A stretch of DNA of 64,000 nucleotides from NCBI GenBank assembly GCA_963668465.1, contig OY764542.1, positions 622,949 through 686,948 on the forward strand, given 5' to 3'. This DNA comes from Dehalococcoidia bacterium (lineage in GTDB: Bacteria > Chloroflexota > Dehalococcoidia > Lucifugimonadales > Australimonadaceae). The first letter of the stretch is position 1. Each line of letters starts with the position of its first letter. The position numbers were made by a program, and so were the translations under genes. Positions 1-10,316 of the stretch are shown here, in pieces. The notes under the pieces were generated by a model. It had not been told where the DNA came from, ran no database searches, and saw only the letters and a list, made by a program, of their open reading frames with translations.

Positions 1-110
1 GGAAGATCGCGACTGCGCACAACGAATTGCGCAAGATCGTAGACGAGGTCACCCGTCGCGCCCCTGAGCCGCCTCCACCATCACCCCCCTACCCAACCGA
101 ACGCAAAACC

Positions 111-1421
111 CTACGCCCCGTTGTGCCCGTTGGTGCCCATCCGAGCAGCCAGCGCCTCCGCGTTGCGCTTCCAGACGGACGACCACTCCTCCGTCTTGGG
201 GACGACCTCCTGCCACGCGCCGATGTGGTTGAAAACGTTGGCCGACGCGTCGCGGACCACGTGCGGGGCTTCCGCGCCGTCCTGCACCTGCTGCGTTGCC
301 CTCAGCAGCAGACGACGTGAGAGCGCGACCGCCTTGTCGGTGTAACCGAGGTGCTCCGTAGTGCGGTCCTGTATCGCGCCCTCCCCCTCCGTCGCCCACA
401 TGTCGTGGACGGGGAAGCTCGGCCCCATGCCCAGGAAGCTGCGCGTCTGCATCTCCTGCCGGTCCTGCAGGTAACGATTGCGCAGGTTGCGCTCATTCGT
501 GTAGTCGTCCTTCAGCCCCTCGAACATCGTGAGCCCGAGCGCTCCCTTCGGCAGCGGCCCTTCCGAGCGAACCATGAACATGAACTTCCAGTGGTGCGTG
601 TCGTCTACCGGCACGTGCCAGTTGACCCCGAACACGCCCGGGAACGCCGGGAACGACGCCAGGTTCGGGTAGATGAAGTTCGTGATGCGCACGTAGTCGT
701 CGCCGTCGTTCGTGTCGCGCACCGCGTAGATGCGGATGCCGTAGTCCGTCTCTTCGACCTCGATCGTCGGCGACGGGTCGTCGCCCATCATGCGGTTCGA
801 CGTCGCCTCCCCGCCCTGCACGTTGCCCGTCGCGACACGGCTGCCGCTGGCGTCCTCGCGGATGAAGAAGTGCAGGAACGAGAGGTGCTGCGGGTCGATG
901 TTGCCCTCGTTCCCCTGCTGGTAGTTGCACTCGTGGTAGATCTTCGTGACGACCCTGTTCTCCGGCGCGATGTCCAGGAACTCGTACGCCGGCAGCAGCG
1001 GCGGCTCGCCCGGCCCCAGGTACGCGAACACGACGCCCGCGCGCTCCGTCACCGGGTACGAGAGCAACTGGATCTTGTCCTTGAACGTGCTGCCCTCCGG
1101 CTCGCCCGGCTGTTCCAGGCAGTTGCCGTGGATGTCGTACAGCCAGCCGTGGTAGAGACAGCGCAGCCCGCCGTCCTCGATGCGTGCGTAACTCAGGTCC
1201 GCTGCACGGTGGGCACAGTGCCGTGCCACGAGGCCGAGGCGGTCGTACTGGTCGCGGAAGAGCGTCAGGTCCTCGCTCAGAACGCGCACCGGCATCGGCG
1301 CGCTCCCCGGCTCCATCTCCTCCGCCAGCGCCACCGGCTGCCAGTACCGCCGAAGCAACACCCCCGCCGGATCACTCGGCCCCGTGCGACAGAGCAGCTC
1401 GTTCTCTTCCCTCGTCAGCAT
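111..1421 (-). CDS. Rieske non-heme iron oxygenase alpha subunit (phthalate 4,5-dioxygenase/LigX-like)
   Basis: MLTREENELLCRTGP N-terminus; Rieske CxH...CxxH (HCAHR..RCLYHGW); mononuclear Fe motif EGNIDPQHLSFLH; RBS upstream. Confidence 0.9.
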   Translation of the reverse strand: MLTREENELLCRTGPSDPAGVLLRRYWQPVALAEEMEPGSAPMPVRVLSEDLTLFRDQYDRLGLVARHCAHRAADLSYARIEDGGLRCLYHGWLYDIHGNCLEQPGEPEGSTFKDKIQLLSYPVTERAGVVFAYLGPGEPPLLPAYEFLDIAPENRVVTKIYHECNYQQGNEGNIDPQHLSFLHFFIREDASGSRVATGNVQGGEATSNRMMGDDPSPTIEVEETDYGIRIYAVRDTNDGDDYVRITNFIYPNLASFPAFPGVFGVNWHVPVDDTHHWKFMFMVRSEGPLPKGALGLTMFEGLKDDYTNERNLRNRYLQDRQEMQTRSFLGMGPSFPVHDMWATEGEGAIQDRTTEHLGYTDKAVALSRRLLLRATQQVQDGAEAPHVVRDASANVFNHIGAWQEVVPKTEEWSSVWKRNAEALAARMGTNGHNGA

Positions 1422-1508
1422 GGCCTTCCTCCCTGGTCTGGCGATGTTGGACGGAACGATTGGAGTCTAGGAGCGCACCGCCCCACGGTCAACGCCGCGA
1501 GGCGACCT

Positions 1509-1770
1509 TGTCATTTCGAGCGAAGCGCAGCGGAGCCAAGAAATCTCTCGGACGGCTCGGTGTAGGGGCACCCCTTTGTGGGTGCCCTCTCCTCTCAGGG
1601 TAATCCCCCCGCTCATGGTGAGCCTGTCGAACCACCCCGGCCCCGACGCGCACCCCCGCCTCTCGTAGGGGCGGTTCGCGAACCGCCCCCGCGTCCCTTC
1701 CCCATCCGTCATTCCGCGAAGCTAGGAACCCAGTGCCCACTCCCCTCCCCCTCGATGGCGGAAGGCCAGG
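1509..1770. repeat. Mosaic of REP-like palindromes (TGTCAT..GAGCG, GTAGGGGC.., CCGCTCATGGTGAGCCTGTCGAACC, CGTCATTCC..)
   Basis: Each module recurs in many other intergenic regions of the window. Confidence 0.85.
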
Positions 1771-1781
1771 AGGAGCGTGAC

Positions 1782-2750
1782 TCAGTACAGATGACACGCC
1801 ACGAAATGCCCCGGCGTCTCCTCTTTCCACTCCGGCGCGACCTCGGAGCAGATGTCCTTCGCGAACGGACAGCGCGGGTGGAAGCGGCAGCCGGACGGCG
1901 GGTTGAGCGGGCTCGGCACCTCGCCCTGCAGGATCATCTCGTCGCGCTGCAGCGCCGGATGCGCCGGAAGCGCCGCCGAGAAGAGCGCCTGCGTGTACGG
2001 GTGCAGCGGGTGCTCGTACAGGTCGTCCGTCTCCGCCCGTTCGACGATCTCGCCGAGGTACATGACGGCCACCTCGTGCGCGAGGTAGCGCACCGTCGCG
2101 AGGTTGTGCGACACCATCAGGTAGCTCACGTTGTGCTCCACCTGCAGGTCGCGCAGCAGGTTCATGATCTGCGCCTGCACCGACACGTCGAGCGCCGACA
2201 CCGGCTCGTCGAGCACGATCAGTGACGGCTCCACGCTCAGAGCGCTCGCCATCGCGATGCGCTGCCGCTGGCCCCCGCTGAACTCGTGCGGAAAGAGCTC
2301 GGCCTGCTCGGGGCGCAGTCCCACGTTGTCGAGCAGCTCCATCACGCGCTCGCGCGCCTCTTTGCCGCTCACGTTCCTGTTGACCACAAGCGGCTCCGCG
2401 ATGATGTCCCGCACCCGCATACGCGGACTGAGCGAGCTCCACGGGTCCTGGAAGACCGCCTGCACCTGCATGCGGAACTGCCGCAGGTCCTGCCCACTGA
2501 GCGAGTGGATGTCCTGCCCTTCCATCGAGATGGAGCCGCCCGTCGGCTGTTCGAGGCGCAGCACGAGCTTCGCGGTCGTCGTCTTGCCGCAGCCCGACTC
2601 GCCCACGAGCGCGAGCGTCTGTCCGCGCCGCACCTCGAAGCTGATGCCGTCCACGGCGCGCACCCAGCCCACCGTCTTCATCAGCACCAGCCCCTCGGTC
2701 ACGGGGAAGTGCTTCTGGAGGTTCTCGGCTCTTACGAGGACTTCTGCCAC
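1782..2750 (-). CDS. Oligopeptide/dipeptide ABC transporter ATP-binding protein (OppF/DppF-like)
   Basis: Walker A GESGCGKT, FSGGQRQR signature, C-terminal PPSGCRFHPRC...VACH; start uncertain (2750 GTG with GGAGG, or 2771). Confidence 0.9.
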   Translation of the reverse strand: MAEVLVRAENLQKHFPVTEGLVLMKTVGWVRAVDGISFEVRRGQTLALVGESGCGKTTTAKLVLRLEQPTGGSISMEGQDIHSLSGQDLRQFRMQVQAVFQDPWSSLSPRMRVRDIIAEPLVVNRNVSGKEARERVMELLDNVGLRPEQAELFPHEFSGGQRQRIAMASALSVEPSLIVLDEPVSALDVSVQAQIMNLLRDLQVEHNVSYLMVSHNLATVRYLAHEVAVMYLGEIVERAETDDLYEHPLHPYTQALFSAALPAHPALQRDEMILQGEVPSPLNPPSGCRFHPRCPFAKDICSEVAPEWKEETPGHFVACHLY

Positions 2751-3766
2751 TTCTCCTCCATCAGCCAGCAAGCCGCGGTGTGTCCGCTGGAGTCAACGAA
2801 CTCCGCCGGGTACGTCTCATTGCACCGGTCGTGGACGTGCATGCAGCGCACCGCGAACCGGCAGCCCTGCGGCAGCGCGAACAGCGCGGGCGGCTGCCCT
2901 TCTATCGCCGTGAGCCGCTCGACACGCTCCTCCATCTTGGGGATGGAGCCGAGCAGCGCCTGCGTGTACGGGTGCGACGGGTTGTCGAATATCTCGTGGA
3001 TGCCGCCCTGCTCCACGATGCGCCCCGCGTACATCACCGCGACCCTGTCGCACATCCGCGCCACGACGCCCAGGTCGTGCGTGATGAACAGGATGGCAAC
3101 GCCCGTCTCGCGCTGTATCTCTTTGAGCAGGTTGAGGTACTGCGCCTGTATCGTCACGTCCAGCGCCGTCGTCGGCTCGTCCGCGATGAGCAGCCGCGGC
3201 TGGCTCTCGATGGCGATCCCGCCCACGACGCGCTGCTTCATGCCGCCGCTCATCTGGTGCGGGTAGTCGGAGAGCCGCCGCTCCGGCGCCGCCACGCGCA
3301 TCATGCGCAGCACTTCCATCGCCCTGTCCCTGACCGACTGCCTGCTCCTGCGGCCGCCGTTCCGGTTGCCGTGCGCCGCGATGGACTCCGTGAGCTGGTT
3401 GCCGATGGTGAACACCGGGTTCAGCGCCGTCTGCGGGTCCTGCAGGATCATGGAAATCTTGCGCCCCCGCATCTGCCGAACATCCGACATCCGCATCCGC
3501 ACGACGTCGTCGCCGTCCAGCAGGATGCGCCCCCCCACGATGCGCGCGGCCTCCGGCAGCAGGCGCTGCAACGAGAGCGCCGTCATGCTCTTCCCGGAGC
3601 CGGACTCCCCCACGAGCCCCAGCGTCTCACCCTCGCGTATCTGGAAACTCACCCCATCGACGGCGCGTGTCACCCCCCATTTCGTGAAGAGGTGCGTCTG
3701 CAGATCCTGCACGTCCAGGACGACGTTACCGCCACCCTGCCCCGTGCTGCTCGCCGTCTCGGTCAA
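2732..3766 (-). CDS. Oligopeptide/dipeptide ABC transporter ATP-binding protein (OppD/DppD-like)
   Basis: GESGSGKS, YPHQMSGGMKQR, ADEPTTALDVT, C-terminal GCRFAVRC...ACW. Confidence 0.9.
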   Translation of the reverse strand: MTETASSTGQGGGNVVLDVQDLQTHLFTKWGVTRAVDGVSFQIREGETLGLVGESGSGKSMTALSLQRLLPEAARIVGGRILLDGDDVVRMRMSDVRQMRGRKISMILQDPQTALNPVFTIGNQLTESIAAHGNRNGGRRSRQSVRDRAMEVLRMMRVAAPERRLSDYPHQMSGGMKQRVVGGIAIESQPRLLIADEPTTALDVTIQAQYLNLLKEIQRETGVAILFITHDLGVVARMCDRVAVMYAGRIVEQGGIHEIFDNPSHPYTQALLGSIPKMEERVERLTAIEGQPPALFALPQGCRFAVRCMHVHDRCNETYPAEFVDSSGHTAACWLMEEKWQKSS

Positions 3767-3800
3767 CCGTTGCTCCTCAGTCTTGCAGCCCAGAGTAGAG

Positions 3801-3976
3801 CCTCGTCATTCCCGCCTCCCTCGTCATTCCCGCACAGGCGGGAATCCAAGCGACGGCAGGTCGCACGTGCGCAGCAGCGCACGCGGGCCTCGTGGAAGAC
3901 GTCATACCGAACGGAGCGCAGCATCCCCTCACTTGTCATACTGAGCGGAGTGCAGCGGAGTCGAAGTGTCTCTCGG
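3801..3976. repeat. REP-like palindromes: CGTCATTCCCGC-N4-GCGGGAATCC with duplicated left arm, plus TGTCAT family
   Basis: cctcgtcattcccgc at 3801 and 3819; gcgggaatcc follows; tgtcatactgagcggag at ~3934. Confidence 0.85.
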
Positions 3977-4005
3977 GGAAACGTTGCCATACCGCTGCGC
4001 GCCGC

Positions 4006-5280
4006 TCACGCAACCCCGACCGCGAACCGCTCTTCCAACGGACGCTCGACCTTCCACGGGCTGTCCACCGGCTGCACGTAAGCGTCGGAGCGGATCAACT
4101 CGTAGTCGCCCTGCTCCCACACGCCCGGCGGCTCGACGCCCTCCTCCGCAAGCGCGATGGCAGCCTTGATGTACAGCTTGCGCGCCTTGATGATGGCCGC
4201 GTCCGTCGTGCCGAGGTGCTCGAGGGTGCGGTCGACGATGGGCCCCATGCTCTCCTGCACCGCATTGTCCTGCACGAACAGCCCGCGGATGCCGGACCAG
4301 CTCTCCTTCTTCATCAGTTCGCGGTCCTGCAGCCACATATTCTGCGGCCCGGCGTACTTCACGAACGTCTTGGGATCGAAGGCGTAGTAGCCCCGGTATT
4401 CCCGCAGTCCCTCCTTCAGCTCGTCGGACATGGGCTTCGCTTCGTTGAAGCACACGTCCCACGCCCAGCAGGTGCCGTCGTCGCGGGGGACCCACATGTT
4501 CCAGATGCGGTTGTCTTCCCTGGAGAACGGCGGGTACGACGATGCCGGCATGATGTGCGGCGTTATCCGCACGTAGCGCATGGCCTCATCCGGCCCCCTG
4601 CGTATCGAGGCGTACCGGAACCCGTAGGTCGTCTCCTCTATCTCCAGCTTCGGCCTCGTGTCGTTGAACATGAGGTTGTTCCCGCTCTGCGCGCCGGGAG
4701 CCACCATCGGTCCTTCGGCGCTGTTGTGCAGGAACGACGCGTGCACCGTGTCGATCCCGCCCTCCAGGCTCTGCAGCCAGTTCGCGTCCTGTATCCACTT
4801 CGCCATGATGCGGTTGGAGTCCGGAACCGTTGTCCAGTAGTAGAAGGGGAACGGCGGCTCGCTCTCTGCGGCCCCCATGTACACCCACACCGCGCCTCCG
4901 TGCTCCCGAACCGCGTACGACCCTGCCCGCACCTTGTTTCGGAAGCCGCTCTCCACCGGCTCGGTCGGCATATCGACGCACTGGCCGCTGACGTCGAACT
5001 TCCAGCCGTGGTAGAGGCAGCGCAGGCCGTCGTATTCGTTCCGTCCGAGCGCCAGCGAGACGCCCCGGTGCGGGCAGTACTCGGAGAGAACGCCCACCTC
5101 GCCGCTCGTGTCGCGGAAGGCGACCAGGTCCTCGTTCAGCAGGCGGAAGCGCACCGGAGCGCCATCTGCCTCCAGTTCGTCGGAGATCAGCGCGGGCAAC
5201 CAGTAGCGGCGGAAAAGCGCGCCCATCAGCGTGCCCCTGCCCGTGCGGGTGATGAGCTCGTTGTCAGCGTGGCTCAACAT
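4006..5280 (-). CDS. Rieske non-heme iron oxygenase alpha subunit (phthalate dioxygenase-like)
   Basis: YCPHRG..RCLYHGWKFD; EGGIDTVHASFLH; EHLGTTD. Confidence 0.9.
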   Translation of the reverse strand: MLSHADNELITRTGRGTLMGALFRRYWLPALISDELEADGAPVRFRLLNEDLVAFRDTSGEVGVLSEYCPHRGVSLALGRNEYDGLRCLYHGWKFDVSGQCVDMPTEPVESGFRNKVRAGSYAVREHGGAVWVYMGAAESEPPFPFYYWTTVPDSNRIMAKWIQDANWLQSLEGGIDTVHASFLHNSAEGPMVAPGAQSGNNLMFNDTRPKLEIEETTYGFRYASIRRGPDEAMRYVRITPHIMPASSYPPFSREDNRIWNMWVPRDDGTCWAWDVCFNEAKPMSDELKEGLREYRGYYAFDPKTFVKYAGPQNMWLQDRELMKKESWSGIRGLFVQDNAVQESMGPIVDRTLEHLGTTDAAIIKARKLYIKAAIALAEEGVEPPGVWEQGDYELIRSDAYVQPVDSPWKVERPLEERFAVGVA

Positions 5281-5426
5281 GCGGCGCCTCCTTGTTCCCT
5301 CTCGTTGGCGTGACCGAACTCGCTCTGCGTATAATGCGCCCCTGCTCTTGCAGCCGTGCGTCTCAATCTTAACGGGGCTGCACGGTTTCGCAACAGCATA
5401 CGCTTATACGCGCTAAGGGAGGCGTC

Positions 5427-7316
5427 GTGCGCACCGTCAGGAATCACTCTCGTTTACTCATAGTGGTGGCGCTCAGCATGCTGCTCGCTCTGGTTGGCGC
5501 GGCATGTAACGGCGACGACCCCGACCCCACCGCGACGCCCACGAGCCCGCCCGCGCCCGCCGCCGGCACAACGCCCGACGCGCCCGCGCCCGATCCCGAC
5601 CCTACGGCCACCCCCGTCCCCGAAGCCATGGGGCCTGCGGTCGACCGCGTCATCATGGCAGTTGCGTCGCCGACCGACTTCAGCAACATCCGGCGCATCC
5701 CCGGCCAGGCCAGCAACTGGTACATCCGGCCGCACTACGAATACCTCGTCGGCTTCGCCAAGACGAACGGCGAGTACGTGCCCCAGCTCGCCACTGAGTG
5801 GAACCTCGAGCCGGACGGCCACTCGTGGCGGTTCAAACTGCGCGAGGGCGTGCAGTTCCACAACAGCCACGGCGAGTTCACCGCCGAGGACGTACGCTTC
5901 TCCTGGCTCATGAACATCCTGCCCGACGACGTCGGCAGCGAGGCCCGGACGATGCGCGTTATCGTCACCGACGTCGAGATCGTCGGCCCCTACGAGGTCG
6001 TCTTCCACACCACGGCCCCGAACGCCGACGTCTTTGAGGTCATCTCCGAGATCCAGGGCGGCATGGAGATCGCCAGCAAGGCGGACTTCCTCGCGCGCGG
6101 GCCCGGTCTGCTCTCAGCAAGGCAGTCCTCCGAGTGGGCCAACTACGAGGACGACCCGCGCCTCGCCGAACTCGTCGATGGACGCGACCCGCTCGGAGAC
6201 GAGGTCCCGCTGGCAGGCACCGGCCCCTACACCATCGTCTCCATGGACGAGCAGTCCGGCGTCGTCTACGAACGCGTGGAAGACCACTGGCGCGCCACGC
6301 CCGACTTCCCCGAGTTCGAGTTCCAGTTCATCAACGAGGCATCCACCCGCCACGCGAAGCTGGTCTCAGGTGAGGTGCACCTGGCCAAGCTGCCGGAGGA
6401 GCTGCTGGTGGACGCGGAGTCACGCGGCTACGTCACCTTCACTGCCCAGGTCCCCGCGGCCCGCTACTTCCTCGCATGGCAGGGCGTCTACGTCCCCGCA
6501 GGGCCGAACGTCGCGAACGACCGCGAAGGCGAGTGGAGCGGCGAGCTTGCCCAGAAGGAGTACCCCGCCTACCCCAACACGCCGCTCGCCAACCTGAACG
6601 TGCGGAAGGCGCTCAACAAGGCCATAGACCGCGATGAGCTCAACGACGCGTTCTTCGCGGGCAAGGGCCTCACGATGTTCAAGAACCACTACCTGCCCAA
6701 CAACGCGCAGCGCGTGGGCTGGAACCCGGAGTGGGAGACCCGCTTTGACGACGAGTACGGCTACGACGAGGACGCCGCCAGGGCGCTCCTCGAGCAGGGC
6801 CTGCAGGAGCTCGGCATCGACGAACTGCAGACGACGATCCAGCTCACCGTCCAGCCCGCCGTACCCGCCGGCGTGGACGTGATGCAGGCCATCGCAAACT
6901 ACTGGCGTGCCATCGGTGTCGACGTCATCGAGCAGCAGGCTGACCCCGTCGAGTACCGCACCAAGCAGCGCGAGATGCGCTGGGACAACCACGTCGTGCC
7001 GATCGCAACGAGCGGCGCGCAGCTGGTGACGGTGCAGGTGTACGGCAGCTCCATCATCCCGGTGCTCTACATCGGACTCCAGGACCCGGGCGCCGAGGCC
7101 CTGATGCGCGAAGCGCTCAACACCAACACGCCACAAGACCGTGACGACCTCCTGCGGGATATCGGCGACCTGTACTACGACCTCCACCAGGACATCCCGC
7201 TCTTCTACCTGCCCAACGAGGTTGTCGCAGACCCTGACGTCGTCGCCGACTTCATCTACTCCGGCATGGTCTCCGGCGCGCCGATCGACCACCTCGAAGG
7301 CGCCGTCGCCAAGTAA
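5427..7316 (+). CDS. Peptide/nickel-type ABC substrate-binding lipoprotein (SBP family 5)
   Basis: Signal peptide with lipobox GAAC, PT-rich linker, LATEW..WRFKLREGVQFH..FTAEDVRFS, GTGPY, VRKALNKAIDR. Confidence 0.9.
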   Translation: MRTVRNHSRLLIVVALSMLLALVGAACNGDDPDPTATPTSPPAPAAGTTPDAPAPDPDPTATPVPEAMGPAVDRVIMAVASPTDFSNIRRIPGQASNWYIRPHYEYLVGFAKTNGEYVPQLATEWNLEPDGHSWRFKLREGVQFHNSHGEFTAEDVRFSWLMNILPDDVGSEARTMRVIVTDVEIVGPYEVVFHTTAPNADVFEVISEIQGGMEIASKADFLARGPGLLSARQSSEWANYEDDPRLAELVDGRDPLGDEVPLAGTGPYTIVSMDEQSGVVYERVEDHWRATPDFPEFEFQFINEASTRHAKLVSGEVHLAKLPEELLVDAESRGYVTFTAQVPAARYFLAWQGVYVPAGPNVANDREGEWSGELAQKEYPAYPNTPLANLNVRKALNKAIDRDELNDAFFAGKGLTMFKNHYLPNNAQRVGWNPEWETRFDDEYGYDEDAARALLEQGLQELGIDELQTTIQLTVQPAVPAGVDVMQAIANYWRAIGVDVIEQQADPVEYRTKQREMRWDNHVVPIATSGAQLVTVQVYGSSIIPVLYIGLQDPGAEALMREALNTNTPQDRDDLLRDIGDLYYDLHQDIPLFYLPNEVVADPDVVADFIYSGMVSGAPIDHLEGAVAK

Positions 7317-7321
7317 CGACC

Positions 7322-7790
7322 CTATCGGGCGGGCTCCATTCCCGGAGCCCGCCCCCACTGCCTGATTGCACGTAGGGGCGGCTCGCGAGCCGCCCCCTTT
7401 GCCCCCGTCGTTCCTGCGAAGGCAGGAACCTCGCCCCGCTTTGTCATGTTGAGCGGAGCCGAAACATCTCTCGGGAGAACGTCCCGTGTAAGCGATGCGT
7501 CTCCTGAGAGATTCCTCGACTCCGCTCGGAATGAACGAGGGCCGCGCCCCCTGTCCCCCCATTCCCGCTTTCCCCCGTCATTCCCGCGAAGGCGGGAATC
7601 CAGAGTGCCCAACAGGCACGCGGTGGGGCTGGAGGGCGGGGTGCCTGGTCCCTTCCCCCTTGATGGGGGAAGGTTAGGATGGGGGTGAAGCCCTCGCCCT
7701 CCAGAGTGCCCAACAGGCACGCGGACGGGCTGCTGGGTGCGGGATGCCTGACCCTTCCCCCTCGATGGGGAAGCGTTAGTATGGGGGCGA
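7322..7790. repeat. Large composite REP-like array (GTAG, CGTC, TGTCAT and CCCC..GGGG families)
   Basis: gtaggggcggctcgcgagccgcccc; cgtcgttcctgcgaaggcaggaacc; paired tgtcatg..ctcggaatga; cgtcattcccgcgaaggcgggaatcc; cccttcccccttgatgggggaaggttaggatgggggtg. Confidence 0.85.
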
Positions 7791-7838
7791 ACCAGAGGCG
7801 GGGCGCATTGGGAGGGCCCCCTGCACAGGAGATACCAC

Positions 7839-8783
7839 ATGACTGAACAAGACCCCGCAGGCGAAGCAGCCTACGAAAAAACCATCAAGGACCCCACACC
7901 CCTCGACCCCGATGTCGCCGCAGCCCGCCTCAGGGAAGTGAAGCGCATCTTCGACGAGCAGGGCATCAACTTCTGGCTCGGCTCAGGCACCCTCCTGGGC
8001 GCCGTCCGCGAGGGACGCTTCATCCCCTGGGACGACGAGATGGACACGGCGGGCGTCATCGGGATGCACGGCCTCGACATGGACACCATCTACCGCGTTG
8101 GGGAGGCATTCCGGTCGCACGGCTTCTACCCGCGCATCAAGCCCAACGTCCGCCACGTCAGCGTCGCCCTCATCAAGGACGGCATCCGCACGGACTGGAC
8201 GTGCCACAAGATCATCAACGGCAGGGCGTACGAGTTCCCCGGCGTCGAACTGCCCCTGCACCTGTTCGAGACCCTCGGAGAGATCGAGTTCATCGGCGAG
8301 CGCTTCCGCACCCCCAACCCGCCCGAGGACTACCTGCGCCGCAAGTACGGCCCTGATTGGCGGACGCCCAAGGGCCCCGGCTTCGAGTCCGACGTCGTCG
8401 GAGAGGTAGCCGAAGACGCGCTTCTGAATCCCGCACCGAGGCTCCTCCGCAAGCTCTCTCGCGGCCTCCTGCCCCGCCCCAACGTCAGCATCCAGGTCTT
8501 CGACCGCGACGGCGACCCCGTAGCCGGCGCAGAAGTAGCCGTCGCCGGCCTCGGCCGCTCCAAGACCGACACTCAGGGCCTCGCGCGCCTCTACGTGCCC
8601 GGCTTCGCCTGCTACGCCATGACCGTCACCTACCCCGGCCACCGCGAACTCCTCTACGAAGAGTTCCTCACCCCCAACGCCGCCTACACCTACCACCCCG
8701 GCCCCATCATCACCCCCGAGCAACACTACAAAACCGGCGTCCGCGCCATGGCCCTCGTCCGGAAGGACACCCCGCAGGAGTAA
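7839..8783 (+). CDS. LicD-family nucleotidyl/phosphocholine transferase with C-terminal carboxypeptidase-regulatory-like domain
   Basis: FWLGSGTLLGAVREGRFIPWDDEMD and YLRRKYGPDWRTP LicD motifs; C-terminal D..G.PVAGAEV...TDTQG beta-sandwich signature. Confidence 0.8.
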   Translation: MTEQDPAGEAAYEKTIKDPTPLDPDVAAARLREVKRIFDEQGINFWLGSGTLLGAVREGRFIPWDDEMDTAGVIGMHGLDMDTIYRVGEAFRSHGFYPRIKPNVRHVSVALIKDGIRTDWTCHKIINGRAYEFPGVELPLHLFETLGEIEFIGERFRTPNPPEDYLRRKYGPDWRTPKGPGFESDVVGEVAEDALLNPAPRLLRKLSRGLLPRPNVSIQVFDRDGDPVAGAEVAVAGLGRSKTDTQGLARLYVPGFACYAMTVTYPGHRELLYEEFLTPNAAYTYHPGPIITPEQHYKTGVRAMALVRKDTPQE

Positions 8784-8796
8784 GTCCCCCTTCCAT

Positions 8797-9345
8797 CCCG
8801 TCATTCCCGCGAACGCGGGAATCCAGCGTGCCCGTCAGGGCACATGGGTGGAGAGAGACCATGGAGTGCCCACGTCGAGCGGAGCCGAGGCATCCTTCCT
8901 TGTCATGTTGAGCGGAGCCGAAGGCGGAGTCGAAACATCTCTCGGGAGCGTCCCGCTCATGGTGCTTTCTCTCCGCTCATGGTGAGCCTGTCGAACCACG
9001 CCCCCCGTCATTCCCGCGAACGCGGGAACCCAGCCTGCCCAACAGGGCACACGGCACGTGGGAGCGTGGAACGCCCGGTGTAGGGGCATCCCTTGTGGGT
9101 GCCCTGTCCGAGGCACCCCCCTCGTGGTTCCCTGCCTTCGCAGGAACCACACCCCCGACCCCTCCCGCCGCTCTTGCCCTCCCCACCACGCCCGACTAGG
9201 ATGAACCCCCCTCTCTGAGGAGGCCTGCGGTCACCATCAGGAGCACCCCTATGGTGCCTCAAAGCGGGAGTGCAGAGGGGCAAAGCCCCTCTGCCGGGGG
9301 CGTGGGGGTGTCCCCCACAACATCCCGGGCGGGTGGGTGGGAACA
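8797..9345. repeat. Large composite REP-like array
   Basis: Two CGTCATTCCCGCGAACGCGGGAA palindromes, TGTCATG family, ccgctcatggtgagcctgtcgaacc, gtaggggcatcccttgtgggtgccc, gcagaggggcaaagcccctctgcc-ggggg tgtccccc module. Confidence 0.85.
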
Positions 9346-9382
9346 AGGACGCCCCGCCAAGCAAGTCACGAAGAACAACTCG

Positions 9383-10315
9383 ATGCAACGCTACATCATC
9401 ATCCGGCTCTTCCAGGCGGTGCTCGCCCTCATCGGCGTGAGCATCATCGTCTTCACGCTCGTCCGCATCACCGGCAGCCCGATCGACGTCCTCGCGCCCG
9501 CCGACGCCACAGAGGAAGACCTCAGACGCGTCGCAGCCCTCTGGGGCTTCGACAAACCCCTCTGGGAGCAATACGTCCTGTTCGTCGGCAACGCGCTCCA
9601 ACTGGACTTCGGCCCCTCCATCAAGTTCCAGGGCCAGAGCGCGATGAGCCTCATCGGCAACGCCATCCCCAACAGCCTGCAGCTCGCCGGCTTCGCGATG
9701 TTCGTCAGCGTGGTCATGGCGGTGCCCATCGGCGTCATATCTGCGGTCAAGAAGGGCACGCCCATCGACATGATCGGCAAGCTGGTCGCCCTCCTGGGCC
9801 AGTCGCTTCCTCCCTTCTGGCTCGGCATCGTCCTCATCTGGATATTTTCAGTGAACCTGGGGTGGCTCCCGGTCTCCGGGAAGGGCGGCTTCACCCACAT
9901 CATCCTGCCCGGCGTGGCGCTCGGCTGGTTCTCCGTGGCCGCCTTCATGCGCCTCACCCGCTCCGCGATGCTGAACGTCCTGGACAGCGAATACGTGAAG
10001 TTCGCGCGCATCAAGGGCACGCCGGAGTGGAGGGTCGTCTGGAAGCACGCGCTCAAGAACGCCGCGATTCCGCCGCTCACGCTGTTCGGCATCATCGCCG
10101 GCATCATGGTCACCGGCGTCGTCACGCTGGAGACCGTCTTCGCGTGGCCCGGCATCGGCCAGCTCGCCCTCACCTCGGTGAACGCCCGCGACTACTCTGT
10201 CGTGCAGGGGCTCGTCATCCTCATCTCCGCGATGTTCATCACCATCAACCTCGTCGTGGACATCCTCTACGCCTACATAGACCCGCGCGTCCGCTACGGC
10301 GGAGGGAGAGGCTGA
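9383..10315 (+). CDS. Peptide ABC transporter permease (DppB/OppB-like)
   Basis: MQRYIIIRLFQ start, RLTRSAMLNVLDSEYVKFARIKG EAA loop, YAYIDPRVRY; ORF-track extension from 9251 runs through a repeat. Confidence 0.9.
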   Translation: MQRYIIIRLFQAVLALIGVSIIVFTLVRITGSPIDVLAPADATEEDLRRVAALWGFDKPLWEQYVLFVGNALQLDFGPSIKFQGQSAMSLIGNAIPNSLQLAGFAMFVSVVMAVPIGVISAVKKGTPIDMIGKLVALLGQSLPPFWLGIVLIWIFSVNLGWLPVSGKGGFTHIILPGVALGWFSVAAFMRLTRSAMLNVLDSEYVKFARIKGTPEWRVVWKHALKNAAIPPLTLFGIIAGIMVTGVVTLETVFAWPGIGQLALTSVNARDYSVVQGLVILISAMFITINLVVDILYAYIDPRVRYGGGRG

Positions 10316-10316
10316 C

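Noticed and set aside
1-110. 3' end of a plus-strand gene entering the window
   Set aside because: Too short to assign frame or product reliably.
9251-9382. N-terminal extensions of dppB, terminase (17223-17327), xdh (39663-39785) and M20 peptidase (60921-60956)
   Set aside because: They run through intergenic repeats; downstream ATGs match family N-termini. Not counted as in-frame REP recruitment.
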